IMG/VR virus record: IMGVR_UViG_3300047319_001872 | Location: 248,001 to 312,000 of that record | DNA: 64,000 bases | Reading direction: 5' to 3' (one strand) | Shown: positions 9,029-17,214 of the stretch, in pieces | How the letters are laid out: every line of letters starts with the position of its first letter | Numbering within the stretch: the first letter of the stretch is position 1 | Made by a program: the position numbers and the translations under genes | The notes under the pieces: generated by a model | The model's database searches: none | What the model was told of the DNA's origin: nothing | The model's input: the letters and a program-made list of their open reading frames with translations, nothing else

Positions 9029-10998
9029 GCGAAGCTACGAACCTTCAGGCAGCGGAAAAGCCGATCGGCTACGAATGCCGGTTCGCTGTGTATTGCCCGC
9101 CGCAAAATGGCAGTGAAGATGACTGGCATTTGGTAAAAGAAATCGCCCACTATGCCCCGAGCCCGGCGCATCCTGAAGGGCGTCGCGAACCGCGCACACG
9201 GCTCGTGAAGAATTACACGTATCCCTTCTACGTTACCAAGAAGGGCGGTCGTAACCACGAGCAGAAGAAAGAGTGGGAAGAGCTCACCATGCTCGATCGC
9301 TTTGAGTCCACCCGCAGTAAGCGCGATCGGGCAATTGCCAAAGCCCTCGGCATGGGTTGGTTCCAGGGTGACCCGCGTCAGTTAGCCCGCAGTCCTTACC
9401 TGTACGGCTCGGACATTCTGTCGACCGCGGTGCTCAAGAAGACGTATCAGCAGAAGTGGCCTAACCTGATGTCCGGGTATTCGGTGGCCTGCTTCGATAC
9501 GGAAAAGGATGTCGTCTACGGCACTGAAGAAATCAACATGGCGACGCTCTCCTTCGGCAAGAAGGTGTTCACCGCTGTGCAGAAGTCGTTCGTGGAAGGG
9601 CTCTCGAATGTACAAGAGCGCGCCCACGAGACCTTCAAGAAGTATCTGTCCGCGATTGACATGAAGGACAAGAAGGGTGAACCGATCACGGTAGACGTGA
9701 TTGAGAAGCGCGGGCTCGAGTGGGAACTCGTTATCGTGGATCGCGAGATCGACGTGATTGTCGAGTGCATGAAGAAAGCGCATGAGTGGAAGCCCGACTT
9801 CGTGGCGATCTGGAACATCGACTTCGACATGCAGATGATGGTCAAGGCGTGTGAGCGTGCCGGTTACGATCCCGCCCACATCTTCAGTGATCCGTCGGTG
9901 CCGCCTGCGTTTCGGCACTTTAAGTACAAGCAAGGTCAGAAGCAGAAGAAGACGGCTTCGGGCAAGCTCACGCCGATTAAACCGGCTGACCAGTGGCACA
10001 GTGTCTTTACCCCGTCGTCGTTTTACTTCATTGACGCGATGTGCGTGTACCGGAAGATCCGAATTGCCAAAGGGGAAGAACCGTCCTACGCCCTGGATGC
10101 GATTCTGGATAAGATCCTCGGGGCGCGCAAGCTCAAGTTCAAAGAAGCCGAGCAGTACACCAAGCTGGAATGGCACCAGTTCATGCAGCTGAACTTCAAG
10201 CTCGAGTATATCGTCTACAACGTGTTTGACTGCGTGTCGATGGAAATGCTCGATGAGACCACGCTCGACTTACAGGTGGCCTTGCCCGGTGGTTCAGGTT
10301 GTTCGGACTTCAGCAACTTTAAGAGCCAGCCGCGTCGTACGGTGGATGACTTGCATTACTTTGCGCTCGATTTGGGCTTAGTGATTGGGTCGACCTCCGA
10401 TGAGATGCAAGTCGATCTGGATAAGCTGACGCTCGGCCTGGAAAACTGGATCGTCACCTTGCCTGCGCATTTGGTGGCGGACAACGGACTCAAGCTGATC
10501 GAGGAGTATCCGGAACTGCGTACCAACATCCGCGTGCACGTGGCGGACTTGGACGTGTCGGCGTCGTACCCGAATGGCGAGGTGGTGTTTAACATTGGCA
10601 AGTGTACCACCAAGAAGGAACTGTGTCGGATCGAAGGAGTACCCGAACAGTTGCAACGTGCGCAGGGTATTAACTTGTCGGGCGGTCACACCAACGCGGT
10701 CGAGTTCTGTGTGGACTTGTATGGGTTGCCTCACATGGAACAGTGGCTTACCGCCTTCCGTCAAAGTCGTGGGATTCCAGTGGTGCGGGATGCCCTGGAG
10801 GATGCAGACCTCGCCAAGATCCAAGCCTGGATTGCACGTGGTGAAACGCTGAATCCGGTGGAACACCTGCCGAATCAGAAGCGTCTGGAAATGACCTTGC
10901 CGGGTGCACACCGTGAGCTGGATGCCGATGGCAACTGGATCGACCTGACAGGCGTTGACGGCGAAGAAGGCACGGCACTGCAACTCGAGCTGGCATAA
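9025..10998 (+). CDS. Split family-B DNA polymerase, exonuclease plus motif-A subunit (phiKZ gp82 equivalent)
   Basis: Exonuclease motifs FDTEKD, WNIDFD and YNVFDC. Pol-B motif A as DLDVSASYP. Start taken at ATG 9025. Confidence 0.85.
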   Translation: MSEATNLQAAEKPIGYECRFAVYCPPQNGSEDDWHLVKEIAHYAPSPAHPEGRREPRTRLVKNYTYPFYVTKKGGRNHEQKKEWEELTMLDRFESTRSKRDRAIAKALGMGWFQGDPRQLARSPYLYGSDILSTAVLKKTYQQKWPNLMSGYSVACFDTEKDVVYGTEEINMATLSFGKKVFTAVQKSFVEGLSNVQERAHETFKKYLSAIDMKDKKGEPITVDVIEKRGLEWELVIVDREIDVIVECMKKAHEWKPDFVAIWNIDFDMQMMVKACERAGYDPAHIFSDPSVPPAFRHFKYKQGQKQKKTASGKLTPIKPADQWHSVFTPSSFYFIDAMCVYRKIRIAKGEEPSYALDAILDKILGARKLKFKEAEQYTKLEWHQFMQLNFKLEYIVYNVFDCVSMEMLDETTLDLQVALPGGSGCSDFSNFKSQPRRTVDDLHYFALDLGLVIGSTSDEMQVDLDKLTLGLENWIVTLPAHLVADNGLKLIEEYPELRTNIRVHVADLDVSASYPNGEVVFNIGKCTTKKELCRIEGVPEQLQRAQGINLSGGHTNAVEFCVDLYGLPHMEQWLTAFRQSRGIPVVRDALEDADLAKIQAWIARGETLNPVEHLPNQKRLEMTLPGAHRELDADGNWIDLTGVDGEEGTALQLELA

Positions 10999-11016
10999 AG
11001 CCAAAAAAAAAGAGAT

Positions 11017-11056
11017 GACATACTGCCCTCCCCGTAACGGGGAGGGCTTATGCCGC
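11017..11056. terminator. Hairpin between convergent genes
   Basis: GCCCTCCCC-GTAAC-GGGGAGGGC, with an upstream A-tract and CATA...TATG flanks. Confidence 0.7.
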
Positions 11057-11058
11057 CG

Positions 11059-11292
11059 TTAGCCGACGACTGTCACCCAGCTTCTGCCTTCGCGGGTAAT
11101 AACGTGGTTGTTCACGTCCGTGTGGTCGAGGCTGCCATCGATGAGGCAGAGCACTTGGTCTCGTCCGAGGATGGTGATTTCACCCGCGTGACCGCTTTCC
11201 ATGCTTGTTCCTGCGATGATGATGCCGTGCTTCTTGCACACCTCAGCGATCTCGAGGATCGCTGTTTGAAGTTCTGCTTGGGTCTTTGCCAT
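11059..11292 (-). CDS. Hypothetical protein
   Basis: MAKTQAELQ... starting at ATG 11292 with RBS AAGGAG. Confidence 0.65.
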   Translation of the reverse strand: MAKTQAELQTAILEIAEVCKKHGIIIAGTSMESGHAGEITILGRDQVLCLIDGSLDHTDVNNHVITREGRSWVTVVG

Positions 11293-11293
11293 C

Positions 11294-11830
11294 TTACTTC
11301 TCCTTATCAATAAAGAAATACTGTTTCCATTTCTCTGCCTGGCTTTTAACTCTGTACTGAATCGTAGAAAGTGTAACGCCTAGTGCGCGAGCGAGCTCGT
11401 TCATGCTGCTATAGCGAACCCCGTTTGCGCATACTGCTTTTCTATTTGGGTTCGATAACATCATTTTTTCAAGATCCTCTTTGGAATGTTTCCTCCCTGA
11501 AGAACTCACCCGTAGCTTCTCTCGAGTCTGCTCACCCACAACACGATTTCGGCCTGCCAGGCCTATTTTCTTTTTGGTCCCCTCTGAGTGAGTATGACCT
11601 TTTTTGGCTTTCGAAATATTCTCCGAGTGCTTCTGAGTTCTAACTTTGTTCTTCAGCGCTTTGGAAATGCTTTGCTTGCTTTCCTCGGAGTGGGTGCGGC
11701 CGCGCTTGGTGAAGCCTCCTAGACTACCTCGAGTCTTGTCTAGGATTCTCTTATCGTCCGCAGGAGTCCAGTTCTCCACGAGATCAGCAAGAACCTCATT
11801 GATGTCAAGCTTCGGTTTACGTTTGGTCAT
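11294..11830 (-). CDS. NUMOD3-repeat DNA-binding protein (homing-endonuclease-derived, no nuclease domain)
   Basis: Repeated HSEESKQSIS, HSENISKAKKG, HSEGTKKKIG and HSKEDLEKM units. C-terminal NUMOD1/IENR1-like HTH (YSSMNELARALGV). Visibly more AT-rich than its neighbours. Confidence 0.75.
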   Translation of the reverse strand: MTKRKPKLDINEVLADLVENWTPADDKRILDKTRGSLGGFTKRGRTHSEESKQSISKALKNKVRTQKHSENISKAKKGHTHSEGTKKKIGLAGRNRVVGEQTREKLRVSSSGRKHSKEDLEKMMLSNPNRKAVCANGVRYSSMNELARALGVTLSTIQYRVKSQAEKWKQYFFIDKEK

Positions 11831-11899
11831 GATTTACTCGTAAAAGAAAAGCAATCTGATAAACCCCCTCTGCACCAAGGGGTTTATCAAACGCTCTAG

Positions 11900-12757
11900 T
11901 TAAGCTGCTTTCAGATGCGAGAGCCAGTGGTCAGGATAGTTCTCCGGATAGTTCACCATCTCGGCTGCCAGCTCCTTGATAGCTCGCATACTGGTGGACG
12001 GTAGATGGTCCCAGTGATTATCCAGGAACTCGACCAGCTCGCGCTTCTGGGTCTTGGTAAGCCCGAAGATGTTATTCTTCATGGTAACCGCCGCAGTCCA
12101 CCCCCAGCTCAGCTCTCGATCGAAGTTATACTCCGCATACGCCACGCGATCGCGAATCGCTGCCTCGTCGATCTGGCGAGCTTTCTTTGGAGCCGGGTTG
12201 GAGGGCGCCAGCGGGTGGTTGGACGTCACGATAAAACTGATGTTATCTGTCGGGATAGCAATGCCGACCCCGTCCTTGGTCTGGTAGTGACGCAGAGCAC
12301 GTGCGCGCAGCTGATCCATCTCGTTCTCACTATTTTCGTAGATCTGGATCTGCGCGGTCATGTTCTTGTTCCACGAGAACACGTTACGATCTTCGTCCAG
12401 CGCGCCCTTCATTACCGATAACGAAATGCGGTCCATGAAGACGGAATCGCAGTCGTCGATCCAGACAAAGATGTCCTTGTCCTTCGCGTCGTAGGCTGCC
12501 GTGGCGAGCTGGATCGCCATCGCGTTCATGGTAGCCACACCAATCACTTCAATCAGCTTGATGCGATGCTTCTTGGCGGTGTTACGCACCGTGACTGACT
12601 TACCGATCCCGGAGGGGCCGACGATGTAATGGTGGCGCTTGGCACGGAACTTCACATCCGTTTTCTTCAGTGCATCAGTGACCTTCAGCTCTAGCTGCTG
12701 AGTCATGATTTCACCGCGCTCCATGTTTTGGCGTTGTTTGGTCGTAAAGGGCTTCAT
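11900..12757 (-). CDS. P-loop (AAA-like) ATPase
   Basis: Walker A GPSGIGKS and Walker B VWIDDCD. Confidence 0.75.
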   Translation of the reverse strand: MKPFTTKQRQNMERGEIMTQQLELKVTDALKKTDVKFRAKRHHYIVGPSGIGKSVTVRNTAKKHRIKLIEVIGVATMNAMAIQLATAAYDAKDKDIFVWIDDCDSVFMDRISLSVMKGALDEDRNVFSWNKNMTAQIQIYENSENEMDQLRARALRHYQTKDGVGIAIPTDNISFIVTSNHPLAPSNPAPKKARQIDEAAIRDRVAYAEYNFDRELSWGWTAAVTMKNNIFGLTKTQKRELVEFLDNHWDHLPSTSMRAIKELAAEMVNYPENYPDHWLSHLKAA

Positions 12758-12797
12758 TGTAATTTCCTTTTCTATTCTAAGTTGATCAACTCATTCC

Positions 12798-12822
12798 GGA
12801 CATAAAGGAGGCCGAAGCCTCC
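12798..12822 (-). terminator. UUCG-loop hairpin (accessory array)
   Basis: GGAGGC-CGAA-GCCTCC on +, which is a cUUCGg loop on the minus strand. Lies just after the stop of 12840..13298. Confidence 0.65.
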
Positions 12823-12839
12823 GATTCCGTGTTACTTTC

Positions 12840-13298
12840 TTATTTCGTGAGGAAGAGCGGACCCTTCCAGTTCATATTGCCGACCGTCATCACGAGATCC
12901 TCGGCGGTCTTGAGCCTGACCTCGGTGAAGTCACCGTTGAGAAAGAAGGTGACGTCGACGTAGCCGATTCCGACCCCCTTTTCTTTCTCGCGCTCGTAAA
13001 TCGAGTAGAGATAGCGCAGGTCATCTTCGCCGTGGTCATGGAACGGGTAGGCGTTATCGACAAAGACTTCGAACAGTACGTCGAGATACTCAAAGGCGTC
13101 AGTCTTCACCATCAACGCCGTCGTGTCGAATTCACCGTCTTCAGACTTCGTAACGGTACGCATTTTAAAGCTGACTTCACTCTCGAAGCTTGCGCTGTGC
13201 TCCATGTGAATGCCCACGCACTTGGCAGCCCGAATGATGAAACCGTCTTCCGGCTTGATGATCTTGTCCAGCATTTGTGATACCGCTTGGTTACTCAT
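12840..13298 (-). CDS. Hypothetical protein
   Basis: 152 aa, RBS AGGAG. Confidence 0.7.
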   Translation of the reverse strand: MSNQAVSQMLDKIIKPEDGFIIRAAKCVGIHMEHSASFESEVSFKMRTVTKSEDGEFDTTALMVKTDAFEYLDVLFEVFVDNAYPFHDHGEDDLRYLYSIYEREKEKGVGIGYVDVTFFLNGDFTEVRLKTAEDLVMTVGNMNWKGPLFLTK

Positions 13299-13330
13299 GA
13301 TACTCTCCTGAATTATTGATCAACTCTAAA

Positions 13331-13362
13331 GGTCATAGGCGGGAAGCCGAAGCCTCCCGTTA
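13331..13362 (-). terminator. UUCG-loop hairpin (accessory array)
   Basis: CGGGAAGC-CGAA-GCCTCCCG, nearly identical to the hairpins at 12807 and 14414. Confidence 0.65.
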
Positions 13363-13367
13363 CGTCG

Positions 13368-14057
13368 TTACAGCCACGGCATCCTGGACGGGCTATCTGT
13401 ATCTTTACGCTCGGCTTCGAGACGAGCTGCCGCTGCGTACTGCCCCGCCAACACCCTGGTACGACCAGCGCTCAACCCAAGCGTGGCCGAGATTGTCAGG
13501 TACGTAAAACCGCGCGCGTGCAGATCGTGAATCACCTTGCTCAGCAGCATGGCCGCACAGTGAACCAAGTGATTAGCCCGTTCGACGTCGCGACTGAGAT
13601 AGATAGTGTTATCCGCCTCGGTTACCCAGTCCCATTGTCCGGGTGTCAGCACTTGATCGAGCTTGTGCAGCGAACGAATTCGATTCACGTGCTCTTTAAA
13701 ACGCTGGTGGTAAGTGCGCCGCGCTTTCTCGGTTTTGTCTTTCGCCATCCGGATACGAGCCTCTTCGACCAGTTCGTTGTACTTCTTCATGGCGAACTCA
13801 CCGATACTTTCTAAGTAATCGCGATTGGGATCATGCGGGCTGTGCTCCCAGTCTCGATCAAACTCTTCGGTCCAACTCACGACGAGATCGAACAGTCCCC
13901 GCGAACCGTCCAACAGCTCCATGATGCCGTCGCTCAGGTCCGCCTTCATCTCCGCACAGCGCACGCCGAGGAACATCGAGATGTCAAAGAGAATCTCTTG
14001 TCGGCGCTGATAATCGACAACCGTTTCTTCGGCCGCGCGTTCGTAACCTTTACTCAT
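13368..14057 (-). CDS. Hypothetical protein
   Basis: MSKGYERAAE... starting at ATG 14057 with RBS AAGGAG. Confidence 0.7.
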   Translation of the reverse strand: MSKGYERAAEETVVDYQRRQEILFDISMFLGVRCAEMKADLSDGIMELLDGSRGLFDLVVSWTEEFDRDWEHSPHDPNRDYLESIGEFAMKKYNELVEEARIRMAKDKTEKARRTYHQRFKEHVNRIRSLHKLDQVLTPGQWDWVTEADNTIYLSRDVERANHLVHCAAMLLSKVIHDLHARGFTYLTISATLGLSAGRTRVLAGQYAAAARLEAERKDTDSPSRMPWL

Positions 14058-14087
14058 GTGTTGCTCCTTGTTTCTAATCATTTCAAT

Positions 14088-14390
14088 TTAGTACAGATCG
14101 ATGACCAGCGGGGGATTTTTAATCTTTCCCAGCCAGGCGCGGGCTTTTTGCAGTGAACGTGGCACGAGCTTGGGCTTGAGTCCCATGCCCGGTTCCACCA
14201 GGATGAAATAATAGCCCTCCGGCGTCTTGTAGAGGGTCTGCTTGCCGCCCCAGCGGTTGCCGACAACCCACACCCTCAGAATTGGGTGAGCGGTCTGCAG
14301 GTCGTATGTCCTGCGTCGGTGCACGAGTCGTGCTTGCTCGTAGTCCCAAGGCAGGTCATGACCGTAATGATCGATTTCACTCCAATTCAT
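14088..14390 (-). CDS. Hypothetical protein
   Basis: MNWSEIDHYG... starting at ATG 14390 with RBS GAGGA. Confidence 0.65.
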   Translation of the reverse strand: MNWSEIDHYGHDLPWDYEQARLVHRRRTYDLQTAHPILRVWVVGNRWGGKQTLYKTPEGYYFILVEPGMGLKPKLVPRSLQKARAWLGKIKNPPLVIDLY

Positions 14391-14405
14391 TTCCTCTCTC
14401 CTGAG

Positions 14406-14440
14406 GGTCATAGCGGGAGGCCGAAGCCTCCCTTATGTCG
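14406..14440 (-). terminator. UUCG-loop hairpin (accessory array)
   Basis: GGGAGGC-CGAA-GCCTCCC with CATA...TATG flanks. Confidence 0.65.
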
Positions 14441-15457
14441 TTAGTCCCGGTATTCAATCCGGAACTTCGTGACGGGGTAGCTGCCATCCCCGCACAGATC
14501 TTCTTCGAGCTCCGACGAATCAAACACACCGGGATACGCTTCGTCGATCGCGTCACGCCGCACGCAGTCGCAGCTCGCGTTGTTCTCTTCCCAGTCGAAG
14601 ATGGCGTAGTGGCCTTCGTAGCCGTAGCCATAGTCCTTGGTGATCTCGTACTCCTTGCCCTTGTAAAGCAGGGAGAGCACCGCAACCGTGCGCTTACGCA
14701 CCAACGGACCTTCCGATTCAGTCCACTCGAGCGTGTTGTAGAACTTCGGCAACAGCTTGAGGAACTCGGTCACCTGGGCTTTGAACATCTCGCGGTCTTC
14801 TGCGCTGTCGAAGTACATCGCGCGCTGGTACATTTCGCCACCAGCACGCGGTACATCGGGCTTGCCGTAGCGCCCCACGAAAAGCGGATTGCCAAACGCC
14901 GCGCCGGTGAAGCTCAGCCGGTATTCCGTCTTACCGAACTTCGACGCTTGCTTGATAAACGCGGCATCTTCATCGCTCACTGCTTCGAAGAGTTCGCGCT
15001 CCGGGATGTACGGACCCGTGAAGGTCTTTTCGAGCACCCATTGCTTAAAGTCCTCAGGCGGCTCGACGTTATGCTCTTTGACGTAGTGCATGAGCCCTTC
15101 CGGCCAGCACCAGTCTTCGATGCGGAACTCTCTGTAGCCATTGCTCTCACCGCAGCACCGGCAGGTCGATGAACCCCGATAGTGCTCGATGAACTGGTAG
15201 ATGAACTGCCAGCGCGGCGTGAGCGAATTGTACTGCCAGAACGGGATCGAAGGCTTACCAGTGATCTGGCGTGCTTCAAAATCATCATTCCAGACCTTTG
15301 ATGCTTTCTGTACCTTGACTAGTTCATTCCAGTAGACCGCTTCGATCCACGCGAGGTTGAGCAGGAACTCATCTTGTCCTACCCACTTCTCTTTCTGCGG
15401 CAACGGCCACGGGAACGTGGGTTCTGCATCGCTATACCAAAATCCAACTTGTTTCAT
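14441..15457 (-). CDS. Hypothetical protein with two Cys-rich phage domains
   Basis: 338 aa. N-terminal YRGSSTCRCCG..NG...WPEGL.HYV..H and C-terminal WEE.NASCDC.R motifs. Confidence 0.75.
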   Translation of the reverse strand: MKQVGFWYSDAEPTFPWPLPQKEKWVGQDEFLLNLAWIEAVYWNELVKVQKASKVWNDDFEARQITGKPSIPFWQYNSLTPRWQFIYQFIEHYRGSSTCRCCGESNGYREFRIEDWCWPEGLMHYVKEHNVEPPEDFKQWVLEKTFTGPYIPERELFEAVSDEDAAFIKQASKFGKTEYRLSFTGAAFGNPLFVGRYGKPDVPRAGGEMYQRAMYFDSAEDREMFKAQVTEFLKLLPKFYNTLEWTESEGPLVRKRTVAVLSLLYKGKEYEITKDYGYGYEGHYAIFDWEENNASCDCVRRDAIDEAYPGVFDSSELEEDLCGDGSYPVTKFRIEYRD

Positions 15458-15496
15458 GTTCTTCTCCTTGTAATCAACTCATTCCGTACTACGTTT

Positions 15497-16132
15497 TTAA
15501 GCGGCGTACTTGCCGGGGTTGTTCGCCTTGTGACGGCGCACCAAGTGATCCCACGGACAGAAACGACCATCCTTAAACGCTTGGTTGTAACGCGTCTTGA
15601 AAGCCTCGATGAATTCGTCTCCGCCTGCGAGGGCTTCAGCGATCAAAAGGTCTTCATTGGCAGAGGAGGCGCGCCAGCCTGCGTTACTGTCGCTGTATTC
15701 GTAGGTCCAGTCGTGACGATCGAGCTTCTCCTTGAAGTGATCGATCGGCCGCATGAACTTCTCGCGCATCTCCGCAATGCGACGCTTATACATCTCGGCG
15801 GTGTTCTGTTGTGCCTGACGCACGGCGGCATGGACGATCCCCATGATCATGTCTTCGCGGGCCTGGTGAAACGCATCGACGCCGCGAGGACCTAACTGCA
15901 TGGCGCGCGCAAAGAGACGGTCTTCCTCTTTGAAACGCGTGCAGAAGTCGCAGTACGAGTTGCTGAAATTGGACCACTCGTGCTTTTCAAGCGTAGCCAT
16001 GAACTGCTCCAGGCTCTCACTGGGTCGACGTACGTCGCGCTTTGTAGCAGGACGCTCAGTGCGCAGCGTAGGTTCAGTACGCTCGGCGCGACGGGGGTCA
16101 CGTTGTTGCAGTAGTTGGGGTGCACGGATCAC
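15497..16132 (-). CDS. Hypothetical protein with a duplicated H[DE]W-motif domain
   Basis: GTG 16132 preceded by RBS AAGGA. Two copies of L-[ED]-x-H-[ED]-W (LEKHEWSNFSNS and LDRHDWTYEYSDS). Confidence 0.65.
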   Translation of the reverse strand: MIRAPQLLQQRDPRRAERTEPTLRTERPATKRDVRRPSESLEQFMATLEKHEWSNFSNSYCDFCTRFKEEDRLFARAMQLGPRGVDAFHQAREDMIMGIVHAAVRQAQQNTAEMYKRRIAEMREKFMRPIDHFKEKLDRHDWTYEYSDSNAGWRASSANEDLLIAEALAGGDEFIEAFKTRYNQAFKDGRFCPWDHLVRRHKANNPGKYAA

Positions 16133-16202
16133 GATGGTTTTCCTTCTGATCAACGATAATAAAACGGTTTGTATTAGTTGTACTACTCGATGTAGCTGAT
16201 CA

Positions 16203-16231
16203 GTAATATAGATCTATAATTGGTTTGAATC
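16203..16231 (-). promoter_or_regulatory. Early (virion RNAP) promoter, bipartite
   Basis: GATTCAAA-N12-CTATATTAC on the minus strand. TATATTAC is the reported phiKZ early-promoter core. Confidence 0.75.
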
Positions 16232-16232
16232 G

Positions 16233-16273
16233 ACGGCATAGAGGGAGGACCGTAGTCCTCCCAGGCTTTATGC
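16233..16273. terminator. Hairpin downstream of the endolysin gene
   Basis: GGCATA-GA-GGGAGGAC-CGTA-GTCCTCCC-AGGCTT-TATGCC. Confidence 0.65.
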
Positions 16274-17116
16274 CCCGTAGAGCTGAGTACATGCCCCGTA
16301 GTTGCTGGCCATCTTGGTGTCGTACTGGTTCGCCGCGTAGTTCGGACCGTTGTAGACCTTCGCAAAGAGGGCCCAGTTACGTGCCTTCAAGGCGGTCTGC
16401 AATTGACCACTTGCGTACTTCTGGCAAAACGAGACGAACGCCATCAGGTGGGTATCTTCAGACTTGCGCATCGCCGTCACAAAGGAGCCAACATCAGCAT
16501 AACCACAGAACGAGAAGTTCTCGCCCATGATCTGGAAAAGTCCCCAGGAAGCGGACATCATCGCACAGTCCTGGTCGATCGCAAATGCCCGGTTAAAGCG
16601 CGGGTACTCACCCGCCCCACCCGAGTAGCCACCCGACTGCGGATTGCAGATGTCGCTGTTGCCTGCTGCCATCAACTTATTGACCTGGGCCTGGCCGTAC
16701 TTCTTCACCAGATAGCCGTAGAACTTGTGGCGCTCAAAGAGGATGATACAGCGACCATCAGGCAAGAAGCCCGCACCACTGGTTTCGGTCATGCACACGG
16801 CGCGCACCGCAGACTGACCAATCCCGAGCAATTGCGCGGCATCTACATAGTCCGGCGTTTGCAGATACTTGCCCGTGATAAACGCATCCAGCAGATTCTG
16901 GGTTGAGGCGTCGTAAAGACCCGAGGCCGGAATGCCTTGCTTGGTCTGGTATTGGGTGAGCGCAGTAATCGAGAGCGGCCCAAAGTTACCGTCCGGTTTT
17001 AGCGGCGGCGTGATGCCCTGTTTTTCATTCAGTGCTTTCTGAATGCCCTTGGTGTAATCGATGTCAAACTGGTTCGGTACTGCAGCACCCAGCTTCACCG
17101 GTGTGATCAGCGTCAT
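16268..17116 (-). CDS. Modular endolysin: peptidoglycan-binding domain plus DUF3380-type N-acetylmuramidase
   Basis: N-terminal PDGNFGPLSITALTQYQ...GLYD (PG-binding). Catalytic domain with AVCMTETSG, ILFERHKFY, SASWGLFQIMGEN and FAKVYNGP. Start taken at ATG 17116. Confidence 0.9.
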   Translation of the reverse strand: MTLITPVKLGAAVPNQFDIDYTKGIQKALNEKQGITPPLKPDGNFGPLSITALTQYQTKQGIPASGLYDASTQNLLDAFITGKYLQTPDYVDAAQLLGIGQSAVRAVCMTETSGAGFLPDGRCIILFERHKFYGYLVKKYGQAQVNKLMAAGNSDICNPQSGGYSGGAGEYPRFNRAFAIDQDCAMMSASWGLFQIMGENFSFCGYADVGSFVTAMRKSEDTHLMAFVSFCQKYASGQLQTALKARNWALFAKVYNGPNYAANQYDTKMASNYGACTQLYGA

Positions 17117-17214
17117 CCCTACTCCCTTAACGTAATAGAACCCCCGAGGCATGGAACCCCGCTATAGGATTCCATGACCTCGAGGGCACTATGCCGCTAA
17201 AGCAGCCGTATTAC

